Below are positions 12,691-26,790 of a DNA stretch of 64,000 nt, piece after piece. The translations under genes were made by a program, and so were the position numbers. Position 1 is the stretch's first letter, and the number at the start of each line of letters is the position of its first letter. Where the stretch lies: the NCBI GenBank assembly GCA_951406725.2, contig OX597834.1, positions 21,948,001 through 22,012,000 of the forward strand, in the 5' to 3' direction. The notes beneath the pieces were generated by a model. That model was given only the letters and a program-made list of their open reading frames with translations, was not told where the DNA came from and ran no database searches. This stretch comes from Octopus vulgaris. Its lineage: Eukaryota.

Positions 12691-15370
12691 CAGCATATGT
12701 ATATTACTGTTGTATGATCAAAGGCTTTCCATTTATGGCCAACCCATTTTTTTTCTTTACTATTTTTGTTTCCTCATATAGCTTTGCTGCATTATTCAAA
12801 GTGTACTTCCTAAGTATAATTTCAAGCAGATTTTGACTGCTATTTTTAACCTAGCCAATAACCACACAAAGGCCCCCTTTCATTGACTCATTTATTATTA
12901 GCACATGTATTGTTGCTTCAATCTGGTGCAAGGCAGTGGGGGGAGGGTGAGCTACTTTCATTTTATATTTACATATTTTTTGTGTAATTTTTGTTATTTT
13001 TTTTGTTTTGATTTTGTGCTGTTTTCTTTTTCCTTTTTTTTTTTTGCTTTCCAATTCTTCATTTTATGATTTTTTTTCCCAGTCAAAATGTAAATCTTGC
13101 TCTCTGTTCATTTTAAACATAATTTTCATGTTTTATGGCAGATTTCCCCTTCCCTTAGCTTTTGTTCCGGTCTAGTTTCAGTTCTGCTCCAGCCAGTTGG
13201 TTCGGTCGGTTTTGTTTGTTCAATCCTTTCACGGGTTTTCATGGGGGTTTTTTTTTTTTTTTTATAACTTCCAACTTTACTGTTTTTATTCTTTTTATTT
13301 ATCTTTTTTTCTTTGTATTATCAGTTAATTTTGTTTATATTGCTACTTCCTGTTCTGGTTGTAGAATCCAAGGTGGACTTAGGTATATCTATGTTTTTAC
13401 TTCTATACGTGAACTTGACTATTTCTTTATTTATATTTACACACACACACAACTCACACATACACATATTTATTGAAATTATTTTATATATTTTTTATTT
13501 AGCTAATAATATTTATTTTATATTTTTATTTTTATTTATGATGTATATATGTGTGTATATAATATATATATAGACACAATATACATATATAGATATATAT
13601 ATACATGCACAGTATACATGTATTCACATGTTATGTATATGTGTGTGTTCGTATATATATTTATGTCTATTTTTTATTTTGTTTTATAGTTTCATTTTAT
13701 TTTTTAATTATTTCATAAATTTTACTATTTTCTAAATTTTTATGCTTGTTTATTTTGTCTGTGTGTCCTTATTGCTTTGCTTTTGTCAAAACACTTAATA
13801 GTCATAAAAGACCATAAATCATTGTGGGCCTCTGGGAGGAGATAATAGTAAACGGTGATGCCCTTCAACGCCCAATCAAAAAATATAATTAAAAATTCTA
13901 CCAGAAGATTATCTCGGCAGTAGTAATGTGAATGGTAACAGGGGGCAGGTGGGATGAAACCACAAATAGGATAGAACCCTCTTAATAATATTCTTTTATT
14001 CTTTTACTCGGCTCAGTCATTGGGCTGGTGCCATGCTGGAGCACTGTCTTGGGGGGTTAAGCCATATAAATAAACCCTAGTTTATTAGACGAATATAGAT
14101 TTACTTGACTTTCATAAGGTTACAGCTGTTTCGCAACCTTCTAGCTAGCAACTTTCTTCATCTTATATAAGGGTAAAATACCCTGTCTTTCTGCTATACT
14201 GCATTTAAAATGTTACTTTCGTGTCTGTAATATATATATATATATCCGTAAATATAAGAGAGTTAACGTTAAATAGGTTAACTCTAGTGCTAGAAATAGC
14301 TCCTCCGGTATAATCGCTGACGATACCTCCACATAGAAATAGCACTACCCTCAACGTAAGGAAAGTGAAATACAACTAAAAAGTAGATTAATGTTGTACA
14401 ATTGTTTCTTTATCAATATAATATGCAAATTATACTCACATTTATATCTATAAATCATCAGCAACATTTGTCATCGATGCAATTTATCAGACCTACACGG
14501 GTGACGATTACCCATGCGGTCTGATCGATTATACATGCATACATATATATACACTCACACAAACACACACATATAGACATTCACACACACAACAACCAGA
14601 TTGCCGTACAAGGCATTGAATGGCTCAAGACTAGAGCAGAAATTGTTGTCCCTTGTAGGCATTTGTGTAAAGAGATTGAACCAACCACATAACAGTATCA
14701 GTCTCATGAATATCTTCCTTAATGCTATTTTTTTGTGTGTGTATGTGAACGAGAGAGAGAGGCACATGGGGAATTTCATGCATGATCCAATGAAGGTGCG
14801 TTGTGTTGGTTGCTTGTCTTGTTAGAACTTGCAGTCAAATGTCTCTGAAACCATATCCTCCAAAACATCTTAAATATGGGAAGGACATATTAGGTAAGGT
14901 AGTCTGAGCCGCTTCTTAAAAAATGTAGATGGGATGGTCATAGTTGGAATTCAGCTTTATGATAATCATCCACTTGTTTGATTAGGGCTGATATCGAATG
15001 CACATGATACATGCATGCATGCATGCACACATATGCACATATAGGGGCTTACACCGATATGCCCGTGTGTGTGTTTGTATGTGGTGGGTGTATGTTATGT
15101 GTGTGTGTGTGTCTATATAGAAAAAGAGAGTGAGAGAGCAATACATATATATATATATATATATACATGTGTATGGATAATATAAGCATATGGATACACA
15201 CACACACACATATATATGTGTATATATATATATATATGTATATATCATTCCCATTTTTGTTCCTGTAACCCCACTCTTCTGTTACATTCTCCTGGCAGTA
15301 ATGTAAAGACATACACACCATACACACATACAGATGCACACACACACACACACTAACAACAACAACAACA

Positions 15371-15428
<58 letters not shown>

Positions 15429-15872
15429 AAACAGAATAAAAAGAAGAAATGATAATAAGGAAAAAAAATCTGCCCTGATGAAAATTTCTCATGCATTTAG
15501 CAAAAATCAATTAAACATTCAACACCCACCCCACCACCTCCTCCTCCACCACCACCACCATCACCGCCAACACCACCTCCTCTACTGCCACCACTACCAC
15601 TACCCCCTCTGCTTCTGCCGTCTTCTTCTTTTCATCCCCCCCCCACACTTCCTTTCGGCCCTACTGCTAGGTATATTATAATATATTGAAAAGGGAAAGT
15701 GTACAGGAGTGGCGTTGGGGAGGAAGAAGGAGCTGCAGTGTGGGTGGGGGGTCGACATCGGAAAGGTGGTGGAGCGGCCAGCCAGACACATATTTACTTG
15801 TTAACGATTTGTCTTGAGTTTTATCAAGTCGAGGCAAGAACCCTCCCTTTCATTATGACAGTATCGAAAACT

Positions 15873-15886
15873 GTTACCATAGCAAC
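15873..15886. promoter_or_regulatory. Candidate RFX X-box GTTACCATAGCAAC
   Basis: Fits the 14-bp X-box consensus GTHNYYATRRNAAC; related copy at 17747-17760. Confidence 0.4.
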
Positions 15887-16050
15887 TGCATCACAAAGTG
15901 TTGTAACTTTATTTTAGGGCACAGAGGCAGAGGGTGGGATGTTGTTTTTCATTATTTGTTTGGGGTTTTTTTTTTTTTTTTTTTTTTGCTTTTTTCTTCA
16001 ATTTTCAATCATCAATCATCTATGCAATTGTACTACTGCTGCTAATAAAG

Positions 16051-16096
<46 letters not shown>

Positions 16097-16098
<2 letters not shown>

Positions 16099-16812
16099 GT
16101 TTCAGATTTTGGCACAAGACCAACAAGTTCAGAGAAGGGGGTAAGTCGATTATATCGACCCCCCAGCACTCAAATGGTACTTATTTTATTGACCCCACCC
16201 CACCAAAAAAAAAAAGATGAAAGGCAGAGTCGACCTCTGTGGAGTTTGAACTCAGATCATAGAGACAGACAAAATGCCGCTAAGCATCTTCCCCAGAGTG
16301 CTAACAATTCTGCCAGTTCACCAGCATAAATAATAATAATGGTTTCAAATTTTGTCACAAGGCCTGAATTTTCAGGAGAGGGACCTAGTCAATTACATCA
16401 ACCCCAGTATTTCACTGGTACTTAATTTATCGACCCCAAAAGGATGAAAGGCAAAGTTGACCTTCACCGAATTTGAACTCAGAACATAGTGATAGACAAA
16501 ATGCCACTAAGCATTTCGCCTGGCAAAGCTACCGATTCTGCCAGCTCACCACCTTATTAATAATAGTAATAATAATAATAATAATAATAATATTAATAAT
16601 GGTTTCAAATTTTGACACAAAGACAGTAATTTTGTGGGGGGGGACAAGTCGATTCCATTGACCCCAGTGTACAACTGGTACTTATTTTATCGGCCCTGAA
16701 AGGATGAAAGGTAAAGTCGACCTCGGTGGAATTTGAACTCCAAACATAGCAACAGGTGAAATACTGCTAAGCATTTCATCTGGTGTGCTAACAACTCTGC
16801 CAGCTCACCATC
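16097..16812 (-). mobile_element. Three head-to-tail copies of SINE family C separated by (AAT)n
   Basis: Each copy shows reverse-strand GCCAGCTCACC head, TTTGAACTCAGA B box, GGATGAAAGGCAAAGTCGACC domain and TTTCAAATTTTGGCACAAG tail. Confidence 0.85.
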
Positions 16813-16984
16813 TTAATAATAATAATAATAATAATAATACTTTCAAATGGAAGCACAAGGCCTCAAATATGGGGGAAGGATTTAAGTCGTCCAACATCAA
16901 TCATAATACAAGTATTCACACACACACACACACTCACACATGCATACACACACACATACACACAAACACACACACACCTTTTAC

Positions 16985-17220
16985 CTGTTACTAGTTTTAG
17001 TCATTAAACTGCGGCCATGCTGCAGCACCGCCTTGATGACTTATTTTAAGTCAAAAGAATTAACGCCAGTACTTTCTCGTTTTAATCTTGGTAATTATTC
17101 TATTGGTCTCTTTTGCTGAACTGCTAGGTTACGGGAATATAAATAGACCAACACCAGTTATCAAATGGTGTTAAGGGACAAACACAGACATAAAGGCACA
17201 CTCACACACATATACATATC

Positions 17221-17252
<32 letters not shown>

Positions 17253-17328
17253 TGCACACACATATATCGGAGTAAATCCAATATATGTGATTACACACAC
17301 ACACACATATATATATATACACATATAC

Positions 17329-17368
<40 letters not shown>

Positions 17369-17540
17369 ATACATACATATGTGGTAGACTTCTTTCAGTT
17401 TCCATCTACCAAATCCACTCACAGGCTTTGGTTGGTCCGAAGCTATAGTAGAAGACACTTGCCCAAGGGGCCACGCAGTAGGACTGAACCTGGAACCATG
17501 TGGTTGGTAAGCAAACATCTTACTGCACAGCTATGCCTGC
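16985..17540 (-). mobile_element. SINE family A
   Basis: Reverse complement of the full family A motif series. Confidence 0.8.
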
Positions 17541-17746
17541 ACTTCTATGCAATTCTATAATTGCATACTCACATACACAAACATGTCATGTAGATAGAAA
17601 AGGGGCGTAGACCAAAATTATAAGAAGCTTTCATCTCATCTTCTCTTCAGCAATGCCCTACTTATTGACAGTGCCCTGGTGATTTTTCTAAGTTGTACTA
17701 CAACAAGTGGATCAATACCCTTCAGATAGTATAACAATCTGAAAGT

Positions 17747-17760
17747 GTAACCATAGCAAC
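17747..17760. promoter_or_regulatory. Candidate RFX X-box GTAACCATAGCAAC
   Basis: 13 of 14 bases identical to 15873-15886, with a matching downstream flank. Confidence 0.4.
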
Positions 17761-17907
17761 AGCAGGGACAAGTATTGTAACAATTAATTTAGTCTTTTTT
17801 TTTTCTCAGGCCACAGTTATTTTATATTGTTTTACAACAACTACTACTACTACTGTTGATGCTACTACTACTACTACTACTACTACTACTATACTACCAA
17901 TAATAAT

Positions 17908-18100
17908 AATCCTTTCTACTATAGGCACAAGGCCTGAAATTGTGAGGGAGGGCACTAATCAACCCCTGTACATAACTGGGACTTATTTTATTGACCCATA
18001 ACGATGAAAGGCAAAGTTGATCTCAGTGGTATTTGAACTCAGAATGTAATGACAGGCAAAATGCCACTAAGCATTTTTCCCAGTGTGCTAACAATTCTTA
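17908..18100 (-). mobile_element. SINE family C
   Basis: CCTTTCTACTATAGGCACAAGGCCTGAAAT tail, GATGAAAGGCAAAGTTGA domain, TTTGAACTCAGA B box. Confidence 0.8.
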
Positions 18101-18117
18101 ATAATAATAATAATAAT

Positions 18118-18552
18118 AGAGAAATTAAGGCCAACAGACCAGATATAGTTGTCAGAGATCATGAAGAAAAAAAATGCTTTCTAATTGATGTATCAATACC
18201 AGCAGATGACAACGTGTCTCTAAAAGAAATGAAGAAACTTTCAAAATACAAAGACCTGGAAATAGAGGTAACTCAAATGTGGAATCTAAAAACAGAAACA
18301 ATGCCTTTCATAGTAGGTGCATTGGGCATGATAAAAAAATATTCAGACAAATACATAACAAAAACACCAGGACTTACAAACACATATAACATACAGAAAA
18401 TTGCACTACTAGGCACTGCACACATCATATGCAGAACACTTTCAATACAGTAACCATCAAGGCATCACAACAAATCACAGCACATACCCAAGGCACACAG
18501 AGCTGCGCTCGGCAGTGAAGTGAAAGCATGTTATAAAAATAAAACTACTGAA
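18118..18552 (+). mobile_element. 5'-truncated R4/Dong-clade LINE (restriction-like endonuclease C-terminus plus 3' UTR)
   Basis: Open frame REIKANRPDIVVRDHEEKKCFLIDVSIP...KLSKYKDL...IVGALG...QKIALLGTAHII (PD..D RLE motif), stop at 18451-18453; (AAT)n on both sides. Confidence 0.85.
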
Positions 18553-18554
18553 TG

Positions 18555-18586
<32 letters not shown>

Positions 18587-18629
18587 TGTTATCCTTATTA
18601 CTATTATTATGATTATCATTATTATATGA

Positions 18630-18838
18630 AAACTCAGAGCGTATTTTGCTGGGTATGATGGAAAGTGTCAGTTGTCCACAGCCAGCAGACTAAGGTGACA
18701 CTTGTTTACAAGTTCCAAGCAATGCTGATTTTTGTAGGTGTTCTACTTTCACGCTTGCGCCAGTCTTTTTCAGCCATGCTGGTAGTTGAGCGCTGAGACA
18801 TCCAAGTACACCAATTATGATTGGTATCATGTCTGCTA
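18630..18838 (-). mobile_element. Second, divergent R4/Dong-like 3' fragment
   Basis: Minus strand reads ADMIPIIIGVLGCLSAQLPAWLKKTGASVKVEHLQKSALLGT, homologous to the PFIVGALG...QKIALLGT part of the adjacent element; (TTA)n flanks on the + strand. Confidence 0.7.
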
Positions 18839-19030
18839 TATTATTATTATTATCATTGTTATCATTAAAATTATTATTATTGTTATGATTATGGTTATTT
18901 AAAAACAGTTTGATTCGGCCCCATGCAACTTAAGGTTTTGTGGGCTCATCACAGGAACCTACCTTGTCAATCTCAAGTGACAAGCTCATGAAACTTCAAA
19001 CTGCACATGACCGAATCAAAATATCTCTAA

Positions 19031-19241
19031 CCCTTTAGCATTTAAACCGGCCAAAAATATGCAGCCTGTTTTATGTTCAAACTGACCAGATCTGGTCTCT
19101 CACACCAGCCCTACAATATCGTTTTAAAAATTAACAGCTACCTCATCAAAATCTCATAGCTACAAGATAATGCCTGATTAGTTCAAAACCGTATGGAGGA
19201 AAAAGCATTAATTTTAGCAGAATAATGTGAACACTAAAGGG
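19031..19241. mobile_element. piggyBac-like MITE
   Basis: TIRs CCCTTTAG...CTAAAGGG, flanks CTAA/TTAA; related copy at 2269-2574 and a fragment near 49620-49700. Confidence 0.7.
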
Positions 19242-19482
19242 TTAAATGTATGTTGAGTTCCTCTTTCTTTCATTTGTCTTTTCACTCATATATATATATG
19301 TATGTGTATATATGTATGTGTGCGTGTGTGTGTATGTATATATATGGTGATCCTGTTACAGGAGCTGTATATACTGTGGTAGACAGAGAACAAGAGAGAT
19401 TTGCTGCTCAAAGGAAGATAATCATTTCTAAATATATCCATCTTTTGCCGTCTGTGGAAAAATTTTTTTCCATCTCTCTCTC

Positions 19483-20107
<625 letters not shown>

Positions 20108-20184
20108 ATATATGTAAGTATAACGTTTGTTCTGTATATATATACTTGTATTTATGTGCTCGTCTGATATATATATATATATTA

Positions 20185-20574
20185 CTCTTTTACTTGTTTC
20201 AGTCATTTGACTGCGGCCATGCTGGAGCACCACCTTTAGTCGAGCAAATCGACCCCGGGACTTATACTTTGTAAGCCCAGTACTTATTCTATCGGATCTC
20301 TTTTGCCGAACCGCTAAGTGACGGGGACGTAAACACACCAGCATCAGTTGTCAAGCAATGCTAGGGGGACAAGCACACACATACACACATATATATATAT
20401 ATATACATATATACGACAGGCTTCTTTCAGTTTCCGTCTACCAAATTCACTCACAAGGCATTGGTCAGCCCGGGGCTATAGCAGAAGGCACTTACCCAAG
20501 ATGTCACGCAGTGGGACTGAACCCGGAACAAGGTGGTTGGTTAGCAAGCCACTTACCACACAGTCACTCCTGCG

Positions 20575-20578
<4 letters not shown>
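20185..20578 (-). mobile_element. SINE family A, full length
   Basis: CTCTTTTACTTGTTTCAGTCATTTGACTGCGGCC through CACTCCTGCGCC on the + strand. Confidence 0.9.
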
Positions 20579-20622
<44 letters not shown>

Positions 20623-20783
20623 CATAGAGAGAGAGAGAGAGAATTGGTGTGAGCTAGATGTGCTCAAATGATTTGAACTTAAACTTCAAATTCCTCATCC
20701 AGGACTAGGTCTACGGCATCAAGAACATAAGAGAAATTCACAAGCTGAAATAGAAGTAGTGATGCGGATAAATGCAATTAGGC

Positions 20784-20852
<69 letters not shown>

Positions 20853-21139
20853 ATATATAGATTCATGTATATATGTGTGTACGTATGTGTCAAGCCTTGT
20901 GTGTGTGTGTGTGTGTGTGTTATAGGCTTCTTTCAGTTTCTGTCTACCAGATCCACTCACAAAGCTTTAATCAGCCCCAAGGCTATAGTAGAAATCACTT
21001 GCTTATGGTACCATGCAGTGAGACTGAACCAGAGTCCACGTGGTTCGAAAACTAACTCCTTAACCACCTTACCATCCATACCTGCACCCTCTCCCACCTA
21101 TAAAAGTACTTTTGTTTTGTTTTTTTTCCATTATAAATT

Positions 21140-21346
21140 TTTATTATTATTATTATTATTATTAATATTATTATTATTATTATTAATATTATTATTATTA
21201 ATATTATTATTATTAATATTATTATTAATATTATTATTATTCATAATTATTATTATTATTATTATTATAAATATTATTATCATTATTATTAATTATTATT
21301 ATTATCATTATTATTATTATTATTATCATTATTATTATTATTATTA

Positions 21347-21401
<55 letters not shown>

Positions 21402-21475
21402 CATTATTATTATTATTATCATTATTATTATTATTAATATTATTATCATTATTATTATTATTATTAATTATTAGC
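21140..21475. repeat. (TAT)n microsatellite
   Basis: Direct reading. Confidence 0.95.
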
Positions 21476-22227
21476 CTTGGAGAGGAAATCAGACGGAGAT
21501 GTTTGAGTGAGATTAGTCCAGTTATTAATGCTAACGAGTCATCAGAGGAATTGCGTAACGCGCAACAGAATTTATGAATTAATCAATTATATATAAGAAT
21601 ATATGTTGCTAGCATTCGCTATAAAACAATTTTAAAATTAGAGCTACGAATATATTCATGTGTATAAAATTAATTAATTAAATTAAGTCACATGCATTAT
21701 TTTATGGTGGGTTGGGCAATCTTCTATCAAGCGCAAATTGTCAAATTGCCAAATCCACGCGACTGCCTCCGCCACCGCCACCATCACCATCACCACTGTT
21801 GCTGGCTCCAACACCACCACCACCAGCAAATGATTGATCTTTGATATTGATCGTGGTGGTGGTGGTGGTGGTGGTGGTGGTGGTGGTGGTCATCATTGTT
21901 GTATTCTTGCTGTTGTTATTGTTGTTGCTGTTGTGGTGACGTTTAATCTTAGGCCAGCATTGATCAAGTACACCTATGATCAAAAGAAGCCATCCATGAC
22001 CATCCCACCATAATTTCAGACAATATTTCAAGGAATACACCTGTCATTGTGTTAATCACCTTCACTTGTTTCGAAAGCAAAACAAAGACAAGGCATGGTG
22101 CGAGGGTGATTTGGCTGCTATTTCTAACAGGCTTTGAACAATACTCAAAAATTAATCATATATGCAATTAATTAATGTTCAGCATAAATTCTTGCAATGG
22201 TGGAGACAAGTCTCTTCTACCATCACC

Positions 22228-22258
<31 letters not shown>

Positions 22259-22279
22259 GATTCATTTCTATCCATTAAC

Positions 22280-22552
22280 TAATTTTTCTGAGATTCTCTG
22301 CTACTCATAAACAATGGAACCTACAAAATTTTGCAAGATTCTCTTCTACCCATGGAAATGGAATTTACCAAAATTTTCAGCAATTCTCTACTGCTCATGA
22401 CAGTAGAACTTACCAAATTTTCCTGAGATTCTTTGCTGCTCATGACAGTAGAACTTACCAAATTTTTCTGAGATTCTTTGTTACTCACGATAGTGGAACT
22501 AAACAAAATGTTTTGACATCCTCTTCTACCCATGGCAATGGAATTTACCAAT
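22280..22552. repeat. ~42-bp minisatellite, about 6.5 copies
   Basis: Unit approximates AAATTTTTCTGAGATTCTCTGCTACTCATGACAGTAGAACTTACC. Confidence 0.85.
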
Positions 22553-23602
22553 TGAAGACACTCACCCAAGGTGCCACACATTGGGACTGGACTAGAACCA
22601 TATGGTTAGAAAACAAACTACTTACCACCCAGCCACCCCAATGCCTATTTTTGTTGTGGTTACTTCAAAATCCCATTGCTTTTACAAACTTTGGGCACCA
22701 CTGTAATTTCTCTTTAGGACCCTAATTTTTATACCAGTCAGCTGTTCCATTAATTTCAACCATCTTATTCTGGAAAATGCGAGAGAATTTTTTTGTTTTG
22801 TTTTTGTAATTGCAATTCTTGTGGTTGTTGTTGTTGCTTTCATTCTAGTTGGTGATGATGATTATGATGAGGAAGAGGAGGAGAAGGATGTTGTTATACT
22901 TTACAGAGGTGCCATAATTTTCATGTTTACTTTCAAGCAAAAGAGTTATCGTTTATCACACGCACGAAATATAATTTAAACTGGAAATAATATTGTTTTA
23001 TACACTCGGATTGCCTTCTCACCTGCTCCCCACCCTCGTGACATAGTTAAAAAAAAAAACCCTTCCCCTTCACATATTCACGCTAAAACACACTGACACA
23101 CTCACACACACACACGATTATGCAAACACACACGCACACAAACACATGCACACAGGCACATGCACACAAACACATGCATATACACATCGCACACTGTATG
23201 ATTCACAAAAAAGAAAACAAAAACTTCCTTCTCTACTTTTTGTCGCATTATGACATTTCTTTCAGTTAGCTGTCAAAAAACACGAAAATCACAAAAAAGC
23301 AAGAGAAAAAAACAGAAAAAAATGAATGAATAACAAAATATAAACGAAGGAGAAAAATCTTTATCCAAAATTTTTATTTGAAATATCTTTTAAAATTTTT
23401 CCTCGAACAACTCATTCATAGCTTTTTCTTACGTCGAAGTCTTAAATCTAAGTAAAAATTTTTACTTTCATCAACTTCCCTGCTTTCCTTCTTTCTCTCC
23501 TTTTCTCTTTCTTTTCTGCTGTCTATCTTACCCTCTTCCTGTCTTTTCTTCTTTCAAAACCTTTTTGAAATATTAATCTGTCATCTTTCCAATTAAAACC
23601 AG

Positions 23603-23644
<42 letters not shown>

Positions 23645-24024
23645 ATAGTTTTCTTTAGCCAAAGGAAGTAAAAGTTTTCTAATTAATACAATTCGATGGA
23701 GTTGGTTTATATTTTATCAATTTTTTTTCTCCTTTCAAGGGAACAGAAGTTTCTTTCTTTCATCCATTCACCACCCTGCCACCCACCCACCCCACACACA
23801 CACACTTGTTTTAATGATATAAAAATTAATGATAAGGGTGCAGACGTAACTGTGCAGTTTTAAAAAGCTGATTTGGAAACCACACGATTTCAGGTTCAGG
23901 CCTACTGCACAGTATCTTGGGCAATTTTCTTCTATAGCCTTAGTTTGGCCAACAAAGCTGCAACTTTCAAATGCGATTTCATACATTGAAACTGTACAGA
24001 AATGCATCACAAACACACACACAT

Positions 24025-24790
<766 letters not shown>

Positions 24791-25465
24791 ACACAACCAC
24801 ATATATATATCTATGTAGGTGTTGCATGGTTAAGATGGTTTGTTCCTCAGCTCTGTGGTTTTGGTTTCAGTCCCACTGTGTACCATCTTGGGACAAGCTG
24901 TCTTCTACTATTGTCCAAGAATGACCAAATTCTTATGAGTGACAGAAACTGAAAGAAAAACTTTTATCCTGGAAGCTGCTTGAATTTTAGTCTCATACTG
25001 GTACGATCAGAAGAAATACACCTAGTTACTTTCTGTGAAGTGGTTGGCATTAGGAATGTCATTCAGTCATAGAAACCATGCCAAAGCAGACATCATCACC
25101 ACCACCACCATCATCATCATTATCATCATTTAATGTCAGTTAGTTCTTGGGAGCTATGAGATCCTGTTGATCGATCCGACCCATGCCAGCCTCAAACAAG
25201 GTCATTAAATGATGATGATGAGGGTGGTGGTGGTGGTGGTGGTGATGACAATGATGACAATGATGATGATGATGATGATGGTTTTGCTCAGTTTCCGTCA
25301 AACAAATTTCTCATACAATCCGAGGTTATGTCTGAAGGAAGACTCTTGACCGAAATGTGCCAGACAGTGAAATTGAACCCAGAATTTCATGATTGCCAAA
25401 ACAAAACAAAAACATGAAACAAGCCTCTTTACCACAAAGCCATATCAGCATTCCATATTTAAATA

Positions 25466-25860
25466 TCTTTATATATAAAAGTGAAGTTGTGTGTCTGTCT
25501 CCTACGATTTAGATTCCTAACTACTCCCACATTTTGCAGTGCAGTGTAACCAAAAGCGGGTATCTTATAGTCGTGATTCATATCGAACCCTTCTGGGTAT
25601 TAGCGCACGTCTACAATGAGTCTACGATTTTAAAAAAAAATTACCATAATTTTTTCCCATTTTTAATCCATTTTTTTGCTATTATATAAGGGAAGTAACT
25701 CTCTAAAAATGTATTATTAAATCTCAGAACGTAAAAAGCTACAGTAACACCCCCCTTTGTGGTTAGCCATATTGAGATGGCTATTATACTTTACATCTCT
25801 AAAAATGCTTATATAGTTATTTCCCTTACAAACACGAGCAACGCCGGACAATACTGCTAG
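25466..25860 (+). mobile_element. Non-autonomous Helitron
   Basis: 5' TCTTTATATATAAAA, 3' CTAG, inserted between A25465 and T25861; subterminal GC-rich CGAGCAACGCCGG hairpin remnant. Confidence 0.8.
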
Positions 25861-26259
25861 TTTAATATAAAAAATTTTTGTGTTTTATTTATTTATTTAT
25901 TTATTTATTCATTCATTTTTTTAAAGAAAAATTAAAAATTCGAGTCTCAACAATGATGATGTTTAGGGAAAGCTTGCAAAATGGTTAAGCAGTTAATGTT
26001 GAATGGATGAGGAACAGCACCAGGGCAAGTGCTGCTGTAACTAATCTAAGAGAGGAGGTGGTGGTGGTGGTGGTGGTGGATCAATTGATAACCCATAGAA
26101 CTGGATCACGGAATAAAACAAAACCAGCGTGAGGAGCTTCGGTTGTAGTTCTTTTCCTGGAGCGCAGGAAACACACATCTTGTACTTCAATACTCTTGCA
26201 TTGTTGTTATAATAGCAGAGGTTTAAGAAGGTTACAAAGAAATAGAGCCAGGAGCAGCG

Positions 26260-26790
26260 GAGTGATGGTGGTGGCGGCAGCAGTGGTGGTGGTGGTGGTG
26301 GTGCTAGTGCTGGTGCTGGCGGTGGTGGTTCTGGTGGTGGTGGTGGTGGTGGTGGTGGTGGTGGTGGTGGTGGTGGCGGCGGCGGCGGTGGTGGTGATGG
26401 TGGTGACTGTGGATGTGGTTGTAGTGGTAGAGGTGGTGTAGCATTTGTGATGGTGGTAGTAATGATGTTGGCGGTGGTGTCAGTGGTAGAGACAGTGGAG
26501 ATGGCAAAGGTGGGGGGTCACAGTGTAACTGTTGGTGGTGGTGGTGGTTGTGATGGTGGTGGTGGTGGTCGTCATGGTGGTCATGGTTGTGTTGAGGGGG
26601 AAATGAGAGTTGTGGTGGTGGTGGTGGTAGTGAAAGTAGTAACATTGGAGATGATGGTAGTGGTACTGGTGATGGTGGCGATGGTGTTATCGTTTTTGGT
26701 GGTGGCCATGATGAGGGTGAGATGAAAATGGCTGTTGTGGTGGTGGTGGTGGTGGTGGTGGTGATGGTGGTAATATTAACAGTGGTGGTG
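26260..26790. repeat. Degenerate (GGT)n tract
   Basis: Direct reading; source of the poly-V, poly-H and poly-P ORFs. Confidence 0.9.

Noticed and set aside
14480-14502. Resemblance of one hairpin arm (ACCCGUGUAGGUCUGAU) to miR-10/miR-100
   Set aside because: The seed differs, indels are needed, and it lies on the 3' arm whereas those miRNAs are 5p.
18049-18453. 134-aa ORF as a host gene
   Set aside because: Its start lies in an antisense SINE and an (AAT)n tract fused to a LINE endonuclease fragment.
26013-26033. REST/NRSE-like motif AACAGCACCAGGGCAAGTGCT
   Set aside because: The right half-site matches poorly, and REST regulation is not established for this lineage.
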